Made by a program: the position numbers and the translations under genes. Under the pieces are notes generated by a model. That model saw only the letters and a list, made by a program, of their open reading frames with translations, was not told where the DNA came from and did not search any database. DNA of 64,000 nt from Amoebidium appalachense (taxonomy: Eukaryota; Protista; Ichthyosporea), in NCBI GenBank assembly GCA_963693365.1, contig CAVNZM010000009.1, forward strand, positions 8,227,408 through 8,291,407, written 5' to 3'. This document shows, piece after piece, positions 1 to 12,240 of this stretch (positions are counted from its first letter, which is position 1; the number at the start of each line of letters is the position of its first letter).

Positions 1-269
1 AGGCCGCATATCACACATTTTTTTGTTGTGGTTTTTGGATAACATGGTGGTGGTGGTGGTGGTGGTGGGGGGGGGGGGGGGGGGGGGGGGGGGGAAGGTA
101 GAGATGAACATTCTGCCTGATGCTGCACAAGAGCTGACTGACAAGTCGGTAGGGGAGGGAAAGGGGAGAAAGGAGCCGGGACCCTCTAAACATAAGGCCC
201 CGTGCAGGCTCAGACCAATGTGCAATGAGAGGCAAAAAAAGAACGCTTGAGAGGGCGGATGAGGGAAGC

Positions 270-545
270 CACACAAGCACAGAGCAACAAAAACACACAT
301 CCAAACAAGCACAGAGCAACACAAACACAGAACCACACGAGCACGGAGCAATACAAACACAGAACCACATGCACACGGAGCAACAAAAACACACAGGGCC
401 ACAAGCACAAAGCAACACAAACACACAGCCACAAAAGCAAAGGCGACACAAACACAGAACCACATGAGCACGGAGCAATACAAACACACATCCACACAAG
501 GATAGAGCAACATATACACAGAACCACATGAACACGGAGCCAAAC
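270..545. repeat. Minisatellite, unit about 32 bp
   Basis: Recurrent CACGGAGCAATACAAACACAGAACCACATG variants. Confidence 0.8.
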
Positions 546-1050
546 ACTTGCCTAGACAGAAAAATAAATGCAAACACTAAGCCATGCTAACGGGCAAATT
601 ATTTTACACCAAGAACGTGTCTTACCTGCAGGCACCCAGCAAGTTGTGTGTGCATGTGTGTGTTTGTGTGTGTGTGTGGGTGGGTGGGTGTGTAGGGGAG
701 CCCGGGGGGGGGGGGGGGGGGGGGGGGAAGGTAGAGATGCTTTTTCATTAGTATCGCAAGAATATTTAGCGATTTTGATGTCATAAAAACAACTAAGCAA
801 CGTTTCGATGGTTTTTGATGCCTCACAAAACGGCCTTTGGTCCCCTCCAAATTCCGGATTTGAGGTCCGGCAAACAACGCATTATATATATTGATAATAT
901 ACTTTGCATGAGCCAGGTTGCCAACCATCCCCAACGCATGCTGTGGGATGCAGGCACGCACATGCAAGCAACCAAGCACAACACCACGAACTTATTTGTA
1001 AGCTGTGCACCTGTATGGTTCAGTGGCTAGAAAGCACTACTGAGAACTAA

Positions 1051-2038
1051 GGGCCTGTTTGGCAACGCGGAGTTAGCGGCCATACTCTGGAGTAAGATCG
1101 ATTTTGGAGTTAGGGCTAAAGCGGATTTTCTGAAATCCGCGATGCCAAACAGACGGCCCAATCTGGGCCTGTGTACGCCGGGTTTCAAACCCCTTGGACA
1201 TCGCTTGTACTCCAATTTCTATAATCCACCTCCGGAGGTGGATTATGCGCGAAATTGAACGCCGTGTGAAGGTCTAAACCAATGAAAATTCATGTCGTGA
1301 GACCTTTTTACATTTCTCTCTCGGCCAATTGGCGGTAGTGCAATATAGCCAAAAACAGTTAAAGTGGAAAAGACGTCCAAACGGAAAGTCCGTTGTCACC
1401 GGCATGGCCAGCTTGCTGGTGAGCCTGCGACAGCCCGAGCGCAGGCTGCGACCAGCCACACACAGCCGGCCACGTGTGGTAGGTCGTATAAAAACAAGCC
1501 CCCCCTCAACTATTCTTCCTCTTCGCGGCCAACTTGTAGGCAACCTTTTTTTTACCATTAGACAATCTTTTGCACATCGGTCAAGATTGTCTGAACCGAC
1601 AGGATGCCTGTAGGGGGAAGCAAAGAATGCAATTGCTGCAATTGCGGCCGAAAGGGCCATGTTTCGTGCTAAATACATAGTGGTTTTGCAACCGGAAACG
1701 TTGATGTTGTTATATATGCAAATGGAATCATTACAGTGTATACAAATACATACATACGGGACACTGCACAGTCACTACAAAAAAAATAGTACTGAGTCCT
1801 AGGTACGATGTACGTGCAAAGTATGCCCACTCCGATCAACGTAAAACTTGCGCAATGTGACTTGATAAACTAAGCTGCAGCTGAAAAAAGTGTTGTCTGT
1901 TTGGCACGAGCGGTTATTATCTACGCTAGGTTTTGACCTAAATCCGGATTACAAATCAGAATCTGGATACTGATTTGATACCCGGCGACCTATACGGTCT
2001 ACGCTGGAGTTCGTAACTCCGCGTTGCCAAACAGGCCC
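1051..2038. mobile_element. Non-autonomous PIF/Harbinger (Tourist-like) DNA transposon
   Basis: Perfect 25-bp terminal inverted repeats GGGCCTGTTTGGCAACGCGGAGTTA (1051-1075 and 2014-2038), flanked by TAA on the left and TTA on the right. GGGCCTGTTTGG ends are typical of Tourist/PIF elements. No intact transposase. Confidence 0.85.
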
Positions 2039-2939
2039 TTAGCAGTCCGGCTGAGTTTAGCGCACTGGAGTCTGGCAAAAGTGCACATGCACACATGTGA
2101 GTGCAGGTGGTTATGATTCAAATGAAGCCAGTGCTGTGATGTGATTGGTTGCTTTTCAAGGGAAATCACATGGAACGTGCCTAATGGTTCAAATGGATCA
2201 ATTGCATGGACCAGGCATCCGATTGGCTATAATGGCACCGCTCAAGGGGACTGGCAGCTGGCAAAATGTTGATCTTTTGATAAAATCCGATAAAGGGTTC
2301 TTATCTAATTATATAAGAGAAATAAGTTTATGTATTTGCCAGCTGGGCATGATCGCCATGATGGCGGCGCATGGAAAAGGTGACATAACACGCAAATCTA
2401 ATTGAACTGAAGGAGAAAAGTATAGAAAACTTTTTAGATGATGATGGTTTTTGAATTTTCCTTTGACCATCTCTATCGATGAGACAAGAAACAGTAAACT
2501 ACAACGCATGTACACAGCGTTATCAAGGCTTCAGCCGCTAAGCGTTACGCCGGCAACTATTTTTCAAATCATGCATTTTAGTTGCCAGCAACAAAGAATG
2601 CCCACCTCCCTGTGTACCGTAGGCAACGTCGCCGTGCTAACGAACATAAAACCAAAGCCTTCATGAAAATAGTTACTCAGTAGTTATCTCATAGATACAT
2701 TTTTTTCCTTTTCCTTTTTTTTTTTTTAAAAAAGTTATTGCATACTGAAAATACACTGAGTAGTTTTAGTTGGACGAGTTGGGTCACTCGGCCTGTTCAT
2801 TCAAGCACCCGTATGAACCTAGCTGAGCTTGATTAGACCTCATCTCCCTTCATATTTCCTCACAGCATCACTTTTCATTACCTTGACACAAATCTAGTAT
2901 TATAAATAAACCAAGCAAAGCTCTGTTTTTTTTCACAGC

Positions 2940-3884
2940 ATGTTTTCCACCCCACTCCTCACCTCTTCGGAGGCAAAGGAGAGCAATAGCGCGCCCAACC
3001 TCCCCAGGACCTCCTCTTTTGCATCTCTTTCAACGGATGGCCTGAAAGTTCGGAGAAACGTATCATTTCGTGACCTCGCAAACCCAGGCGATTCTCTTGC
3101 TACATATATGAAGTTTGACAGCTCCCACCCGCCCAGTTTCTGCAACAAAGATTCCTCAAAACTTCTCTCCCCCTCGCCTGCCTCTCCGGATGACAACGAT
3201 TACGATTTAGATGACGGTCTTTCCCTCCTGCCGATTACGGACAAGCAGCATGACCCATACGCAGACAACAACAAACCAAAAACGCAAGCAGAGACAGGAA
3301 TCATTTTGCACGTTGCACCCATCGGCACCCAACATTCAATGGTTTTTAGTGACAAATGCCCAGATGAAACCAAACCAGTTTCGCTTCTTTCAGCCAAATA
3401 CCAGCTCGATGGGTTGACGAAGGCCATCGTTGGCTCAATCATGGTGCAGAATCTGGCATACCACAAGAAAGTTTTCGTTAGGTTCACAGATGATAGCTGG
3501 CGCACATCACTTGATATTCCAGCGAAATACAACCGCAGCCGGCCTGGAAAACTTCGTGGGGCGTCCGTAGGCATTGACATTTTTACGTTTGCCATTCCCG
3601 TGAGCGTGCGAGTAACGACGTTCGGAGCACGCATCGAGTTTGTGGTTGCGTATGAGGTTGATGGGAAGACACATTGGGACAATAACAAGGGTACCAACTA
3701 TAAGGCTACCCCTGTCACGGCAAATCATCCTCGTGTTGGGCGAGAAGACGCTGTTGCGAAAAGAAGAACGGTTTCCACGGGGAGATGTGGACGGTGTGAA
3801 AACTGTGGACGATACAACCAGGCCTGCGTTTGTGATGGGCTCTGCAGAGGTGGTGGTGGATGGGCCGCTCTCATCTCTCGTTAA
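2940..3884 (+). CDS. Glycogen-targeting protein phosphatase 1 regulatory subunit (PPP1R3/Gac1-like, CBM21 domain)
   Basis: RVxF-like PP1 docking motif (KVRRNVSFRD) followed by CBM21 signature blocks GSIMVQNLAYHKKVFVRFTDDSW and FVVAYEVDGKTHWDNNKGTNY. The ATG follows an acceptor-like ttttttttcacag. The true C-terminus may lie in the +1 frame ending at 4155 (see findings). Confidence 0.88.
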   Translation: MFSTPLLTSSEAKESNSAPNLPRTSSFASLSTDGLKVRRNVSFRDLANPGDSLATYMKFDSSHPPSFCNKDSSKLLSPSPASPDDNDYDLDDGLSLLPITDKQHDPYADNNKPKTQAETGIILHVAPIGTQHSMVFSDKCPDETKPVSLLSAKYQLDGLTKAIVGSIMVQNLAYHKKVFVRFTDDSWRTSLDIPAKYNRSRPGKLRGASVGIDIFTFAIPVSVRVTTFGARIEFVVAYEVDGKTHWDNNKGTNYKATPVTANHPRVGREDAVAKRRTVSTGRCGRCENCGRYNQACVCDGLCRGGGGWAALISR

Positions 3885-4399
3885 AGAAATACACTTGGGT
3901 GATAGCTTAAAGGAAGGACCGCGGGATGTACCCATGTTTTCCATGGCGGAGGCATCTGAATCGGATTCCGGGTCCGACATGGATTCCCCACAGCCACGCA
4001 CAGCCACATGGATGAGTGTGGGGGTGTTCAAGTTTGGGGATGCGACGGTGGTGGAGGTGGGAGATGGAAACGGGGAAAAGAGAAATCGGTTTACGGGCAA
4101 GACAGAAAAGACACGAACGAAAGATCGTTTCGGGCCGCCCGTAGCAACCAGCTAGCCGGTTCGATCGAACACTTCGGAATTTTACGTACTTTGCGGCGTT
4201 TGCTAGCAACTTTCTCTGAGATTTTCCAGATATTACGTGAATTGATATGCTTGTGTGCTTGCCACAGGCTCGTGAATTCGTAAGAACGTACCAGACAGAC
4301 GGAAGTGATTTGGAAACACACTGTAATTGGATGTATGTGGTATTGGAGAAGAAGGGGAGGAACCGGGGAAAGGTTTTTTTTTGGGGGGGGGGGGTGGGG

Positions 4400-4452
<53 letters not shown>

Positions 4453-5025
4453 ATAGATCAAGTGTTGCCATCTGCTTTTCACGAAACAGTGCTGTTAAGC
4501 ACGTATGCCTGAATTCCACATTTAGAAGCGGTATTCCATTCCGTGTTATGTTTCAGCACTGTATATCATGTAGTGTGGTTGTGCTCAGACGCAGTTTTCA
4601 CTCGAATGGTCTCAAGTGGTATACACAGCATGTATGCCTTCCTAGGTTGCACACTTACGTAATTTATCCTCTCTTTTTTTTCCTTCCCTTGTAAGTATAG
4701 ATGTTGCCACATATTTGCCGCAGCTAGGACAAATGTTCCCCCTACCTGCATATATATATATTTTTCTAACTGAGATGATCAAACCTAGAATGCAACAACA
4801 CCACCAACGGTGACTCGTAGAGCTACTGTATATATTTAGCGCGTGAAACCTATTTATGGAATCTAGCCTTGCCGGAAACCAATGCAGCCACGGGGTGGAA
4901 AGTGTTCGATTCAAAAATATCAGTAAATGCCGTAAATGACTCCTCCCCCCCCGCCCCCGCGGGTGGGGCACAGGTGTACACCAACAGCCAAACACAAATG
5001 CACACACAAACACGCAAAAAAGCAT

Positions 5026-5058
<33 letters not shown>

Positions 5059-5341
5059 TTCAAACACACACTCTGCATTGCCCTTTGTCTGCTGGCATTA
5101 TGGGACAAACGTATGCATCTCACACATGTATGCAGCAGCGCAACGCTCTCGCTAATATTAGTGGTAGTGGTGGTGTTATTGTGTATGCATGCGCGCACAT
5201 GTGTGGTGGGAGCTCGCAAATAGAGGGACCCGGGGAGGGAGGGGCGGGGGGGGGGGATCATGTACAATATCCCTGTCCGTATCTGGACACGGCATATATT
5301 ATCGTACTGCAGCATGGTGGGCGGAATATAGCCGCCCCCTC

Positions 5342-5372
<31 letters not shown>

Positions 5373-5441
5373 AAAAAAAGTAAAATAAAATAAAATAAAA
5401 AATAAAAAACAAAAACAAAAACAAACACGCACGCGCGCGCG

Positions 5442-5492
<51 letters not shown>

Positions 5493-5535
5493 GCACACAC
5501 ACACATCCACACGTACAACTACAAACACACGCACG

Positions 5536-5589
<54 letters not shown>

Positions 5590-6467
5590 CACACGCCCGC
5601 AAGAAGGCACACACACTTACACCACGGTGACCACAACTCATGATCACCACCACCACTACGTACCACCTCACGATTTGCTCCCTTTCTCCAGCCTCCATGC
5701 ATGGTCCCCTCCTGCATGCAACACTCATATGTGCATACACAAACCATTACCGTACCAAAACCATTATTAGGCACTTATCAAGGCCTCCTATATTAGTACA
5801 GGGCCGCGGCACGATACGTTTCGAATCCCGCAAGCTTAGTCTCCAAGGCTATGTACTCACTGGCTTACGGAAAGGGAGCCCTACGTATGTGCGGGCTCGT
5901 GACGTAGGTGGTCCAGGCCTAGATCGATCGATCGATCGGCCTCGGCGCCGCAAAACTAAGAGGAAAACAGAAGTAACCACCACTGAGTCCACCACCACTA
6001 CTACTACTAACGGTAGTGCTATCAGGAAGAATCAGGAAGACAACCACGTGAAAATGGCTAAAAAGTATACATACATATATAATAACAAAGCCTTGGCTTT
6101 TAGTGCTCTGTTCTGCTTGGGATGCACGGATCTCTGAGGCAGACTGGCCACGGCTAGATCATTGAAATGTTGAAGGCTAATGCCTTAATAATGATAGATC
6201 TCACCACAATGTAGGTTTTCGCTTAGCTTCCCGGAGTTCCGTGCATTATACACTAGGGGATCCTTGACTATAAAATGAAGATTGGGATTAGCCTACCGAC
6301 GCTCCGACCTGGTGGTTCGGTTCGACCCCACTCCCCCCTTCCCCTCCCGGGGTGAGTGGGTTCCCCTTCCGCCCTCCCCCCCTCAGCTCAACCCCCCTCC
6401 CCTAGGCAAACTCAGGGATGGGTGGGCGCGGCCGCGGGGAGGGACCCATGGTGGGTGTGGGGCTGTG

Positions 6468-6501
<34 letters not shown>

Positions 6502-8464
6502 AGCCCCACCCCCCTCCTCCCCCCGTGTGCACCTGGTGACCAAATACTATTGTTTCCTCCCACCAACCTGTATATACTTCATTACGGTCAAGTATCATAA
6601 CGTATGATAATAAAATATTGGGGGCAGCGTCATCGTGCAGTGTTCGTGCGCGTGCCACGTGCACGTGAGGTCCCCCTTCCCCCACCGCCCGAGTCTCTCC
6701 CCCCTCACCCCCCCAAGTTACCACTACCACTATACCCCCTCCCCTTCCCCCCTCCCCCCCACGTCCCCCCCCCCCCCTCCCCAATGATTCGGAAGTGCAA
6801 GTTCATTGCCTCGCCGGTACCTTCTGACACTCTTGACTAGATCCAATCAACATGCCCTAGAGATTGCAAGTAGCTTTCTAGGGATGCCTGTACATGCGTT
6901 CCACTTCTCCTCTGACTCTCGTTTATCTCTTGCTCAGTCAGTTTGTTTCTAGCTTTGTACTGTGCACCTCCCCCCCCCAGCCCCCCCCCCCCCCTCCCCC
7001 TCCCCCCCGAGGCTGCCCGTCACCTGTCTCCCCCTTCCCTCCGCCTCCTCCCCCCCCCCCTCCCCCCCCCCCCTTCCCCCCCCCCCCCCCCCCCCTTCCC
7101 CCCCCCCCCCCCCCCCGGGGGGACCGGTCCCATGGACGCTGCAGTAGATGGCCTAGGTTGTTCTGACTTCGGCTGAACGAACTCGCTGTGGCTATGCCAC
7201 TGGTGCTACGTATATTGTCTGTGTGTGTTATCATGATCTTGTTTTCTCAGCCAATTCTACCTTTCTGAGTTTACTTAGCACTCGCTGCCCGGCCCGGCTT
7301 TAGTACAGATGTATACATGGGCAGCTAGAAGGGGCACAAGTTAAGAAATGCCGACCGGGAAGTGCACGCACTAGGCATCTGCAGCACGCCACACTCATCC
7401 ACATGCAACATCTTGCAATTGCTTAAAGTGCTTAGTACTAGGCGGAACGCGCAGCGTTCAGGAGCCGTGCGGAAAGCCGATGTTACCCAAAAACAGAGCA
7501 CACAGCAAAAAATAGACCCTTACTCGTACCTAGAAGAGTTCCGATCCTCCGCACGACGACCTTTCTCCTCAACAACTGACACAATATATACACGTGCGCT
7601 CAGGCTAGCAAGAACAAGAAACAACTTGAAATTTGGTGCTTGCTGCTCGGCGAGAGGGGCCTGGATCAAATATCATTTTTGAGGCGTTTTTAGCGTAAAT
7701 ATTGCGCAAGTCTTTAGTCTTCTCCGATTTCGCCGGCGGAATTTTTGGACCCCGTCTGTTTTGCATCCTGCAAGATCTGATGATTGATTTTTTCTTGGCC
7801 TGGACCTTTACGTCATCATTCGAGATCCTCGAGTACTAGTCTGTAGAGCGCCCTCCCCTGTTGGAGGCCTTTGGCACATATGCATACGCATGCGCATTAC
7901 ACAAACCCTTTTGCGCATGCATGCACATATTGTTAACCCTTACATGTACGTATGTTATGTGCATTCACGGAAGCCTATACCAGCATGCAAGCGCTTGTGA
8001 ATTCATGAAATACGTATACACACGCGTACTCTAGCTGTGCATGCACCTATAGTATTTAAGTGTGAGCACATACATGCGCATAAGGGAGGTGTATGCACGC
8101 AAATGCATGCACGTTAGGGGCCATGCGTCACCATGATGCATGCCATCACTGAGTTGTGTGGGATCTGGTGTGCAAATCTATCGGTACATATCCACCTTTA
8201 TAACTTGGACATGATATACACGCCCATGCATATGATACATATTGTATTACCATCATGAAATCGGAACTGGTTAATTTATTATCATATGCGGAAGGGAAAT
8301 ATTCAACGTGCAACATACAAGTGATGTTATAATCATGTGCCGGCACCAGGCCAACAGTAACTCCACCTAATAAGGTAAAGAGAAAGACGACGTTGCTACT
8401 CAATAAGACCAATGGGGGGATATCACGCCGTGTTTTAACGTTACGCTATAGATGTTTCGTGTGC

Positions 8465-8504
<40 letters not shown>

Positions 8505-8518
8505 GCGTATGCGTGTGC

Positions 8519-8588
<70 letters not shown>

Positions 8589-8934
8589 AATTGTGTATAG
8601 TGTTTTCGGACACCACATTTATGTACATATGTACAAGACACTGTGATTTACAAACCGTTTCACACGATTCACAGAAACGATTTCCCTTTCACTCTTTACA
8701 CAACATCTGATCTCGTCCTCAAGTATCTATACGTAACGGAAAATATTCTCAAGAAAGTAAGTGTCAACATACTGCAGACCACGCGAATACGTTTCCAGCC
8801 ATACACTGCACCTGTCCGTATCTGCATTGTGTGTGTGTGTGTGTGTGTGTATGCGTGTTGTTCTACGTGCGTCTTTGTTGTCTTGTGTCATGTCTTGAGT
8901 GCATGGGTGCATTCATGCGCGTATTTAGTAACAT

Positions 8935-8966
<32 letters not shown>

Positions 8967-9048
8967 ACACCACCAACACCACCCACCCAACACATCCACC
9001 CACCATCACCACCATCACCACTCACCAACAACATCTACCCCGCCCTAA

Positions 9049-10911
9049 TCATTCCTTCTTTTCTTTGCCGGGGGGCTTCCGTAACGCCCTCTCCTCCCTC
9101 GCCTGCCCCTCCCCTTCCTCCTCCTCTCCCGCCTTTCTCTTCACCGCACTTGATTCCACAACGTTCAACCTTGCTCGTTTCACCCTTGTCGTTCCCGGTG
9201 TACCCCCACCCTCCCCATCTTCATCCTTTCTCCGTTTTTGCGCAGTGTTTTGAGTCTGTGTCGGTGTCTGGGTCTTTTTCTTTGTTGATTTTTTCGCCTC
9301 GGAGTGGAGACGCTTCACCGCCGGAGTAGCAATTTCATCTTTCCCTTTTCCTTTTCCTTTCCCGTTTTCGTTTCCGTTTTCGTTTTCGTTTGCTCCTTCT
9401 TCATCGAGCTGTCGTTTCTTTCCCCTCGTTTTACTCCCACCACCAACAACACCCCTGGCTCCCTTTTTGGGTGTCTGTGTTTGTGTCGTTTTACCTTTTT
9501 CTCCAACCTTTTCTTTCTTTCCTGTTTCCACCGCGCTTGCTTCTACATCCACCCTCCTTCTTTTCGCTGTTGTGTTTTGTTCTACAGCCCCCGCTCTTTT
9601 GATTCCCGTTTGCTGTTTTTCCGTGTTCTCCTTTCCTTGTGCTTGTGCTGGCGTTTCGGGTGGTGCTGTTTGTTGGTTCCCTTCCATTTTTTCTTCTTGT
9701 GGTTGTTGTGCTTCGTTGCTCGATTCCTCTTCGCCAAAACGAGTGTGACCCGGTCCCTTTTTCGACTTCTTCTTTTTCTTGCTGGCGGGAGCCTGAATTC
9801 GGGTGATGAAGTTAGCATGTGGAATAGGGGCAGCGGGAAGTGTAAAGCGCAATAAAACACGGAACACATAGACAACGGACAACACGATGCAGAGTGCAAC
9901 CCACACATATAGAGTATGCATAATAAGCAGAGCCCATCCTCAGGGGGAGGCCCACGCTATCCACACTGTCCCAACCAATACCTCCACCCCACAGGCCATA
10001 CACACCTTCAGACGCACAATGACCCCCCCCCCCCCTCCCCCCGCCGCCCGCAAGTATATTAACTCTAAATGTTGTACATTCCGTTGTGCACCTTATACTT
10101 CAACAGCGACATTCTAAGGCTCCCCCTCTCCCTCCCCCCGGCCTTACTTTTCACTGTTGGTAGACATTCTTCCCGTTTGTGTTGTTCTTGTGCTCAGGTA
10201 TTCTCTATGCCCCCCCCCCCCCCCCCCCCCCCCCTCTCCTCTTCCCTGGGAGGCATTTGGTTGGGACACTGGGGAGGCAGATGATGTTGGCGCGGGGGGG
10301 GGGGGGGGGGGGGGGGCAGGGTGGACTGTGAGGGGGAGAGATAGGGATAGAGAAGGGAGGGGGGAGGCGGGGGAGGACGGGAAATGGAAAGGAGCAAGGG
10401 AGAGAGAGGCCGGGGGGGGGGGGGGGGGGGGGGGGGGGAGTGAGCGGGAAAGGAGAAGGGTGAGGGCAGTAGGGGAAGGACAGAGGTGACGAGGAAAAGC
10501 AGGGGGGGGGTTTGAATGCGGAACACAGTACGAAGTACGCATACACGATGAGAAGCATGGTGCAGGACACATGCAAAGGCAAACATTCAAGTATGCAGCA
10601 TCAGCCATGCGCACAGTATGCGTCATAAGCAGAGCCCATCCTCAGGGAGGGCCCAAGTCATCAATTGCGTCTGAGTTTCGACCCCTTAGCCCGCGTATAA
10701 ACGACGCTCCAACTCAGACAGCAGCATCAACTGAACTTGGGTGGGTCAACCCGTCTTGATCAAAGACGAGCAGGGTTGCTTATGCAAGCAAGGTGAGCAA
10801 AACGGTGAAGATGTGTGTGCAAACTAATGCAGTGCAGCGACAAACGCATATGTGCTTAGAGATGCACGACACAGAGCAACCATGCCCGGTTGCATGGAAG
10901 TAAAGATGTCT

Positions 10912-10949
<38 letters not shown>

Positions 10950-11289
10950 GGGAAGGGTTTTATGTTTGTTTACCTGTTCGGAAGGCACCTTAGAACCGTC
11001 ACCATTTGCATGCTGCCGTGGTGTGTGCTGGGTGTTTGGTTGGTGGGAGGTTGATGGTGCTGTGCGCTGTGCATGTCTCCAATACTCCGTGTGCTCAGCG
11101 TCTGTGATGTGTGTACGTGCACATATGGTGAGGTTAGATAATATGGCTGAACTCTCCTCTTATACACTAACAATAATACCGGAATTTCTTTTCCTCTCCA
11201 ATCCAAACCCCCGGCCCCTTTCAACCCAAGTCTCCCCCCCTCTCTTCCATCCCAAAATATAATATTCTTGATATCAGATCAGTGCACAG

Positions 11290-11322
<33 letters not shown>

Positions 11323-11690
11323 AAAAAAAGGGGGGGGGGGAAAGGCAACGCCTGCGGAGTCCTCCTATTCATAGCAACAAATCGTTGACTCAACATGAAC
11401 TCGCCACAAGACCAAACAAAGACTTATTCAGGGTAGATCACACGTTGCACTTGTGTTTGGTTGCTCAAAGAAATGTATAACACATGGGTGTTGTGTGAGG
11501 GTTGAATTTGTAGGCACACACGTGTACATGTATGGGTGTGAAAATGTGGTGGTGGCGGAAGTGGCCCTCTCCGGGACCGGGGGGAGGGGGGAAGGGGGGG
11601 GGGAATGGGGGGAGGAGGTGGAGGGGGGGGCAGGGGGGGCGGCCGTTAAATCGAGTGGTGATTCCCGGTGTGTGCCTGTGCGTGTGTGTG

Positions 11691-11742
<52 letters not shown>

Positions 11743-11919
11743 CACACACACGTGTACGTGTGCACGAGAGCTTGCACGTGCCTGTGCGTGTGCATACGTG
11801 CGTGCGTGTGCACGCGCCTGTGTGTACAGGGTGTGGCGAACATGTGCTCCTTTATGTGTATACTGTCTGCATGTAGGCGCGCATGTGCATTTGTGTTTTG
11901 TGGGGTGGAGAGCTGCGCG

Positions 11920-11959
<40 letters not shown>

Positions 11960-12112
11960 GGGGGCAGGGGAAGAGGCTGTGGTACCGGATAGAATGACAG
12001 GCTTCACAGGGACATCTGGTGTGGCCTGTAGGTCGGGGCTGGACTGGAAGGCAGAAACAAAAGATGTGGCATCATCATGGGTGGGCAGACGCACAAATGC
12101 CTGTGAATGTGA

Positions 12113-12160
<48 letters not shown>

Positions 12161-12194
12161 CTGTGTGAGTGAGTGTGAGTGTGTGAGTGAGTGA

Positions 12195-12240
<46 letters not shown>

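Noticed and set aside
5748-6300. TACCGTA-starting segment resembling a Tc1/pogo terminus
   Set aside because: No matching opposite TIR was found in the window.
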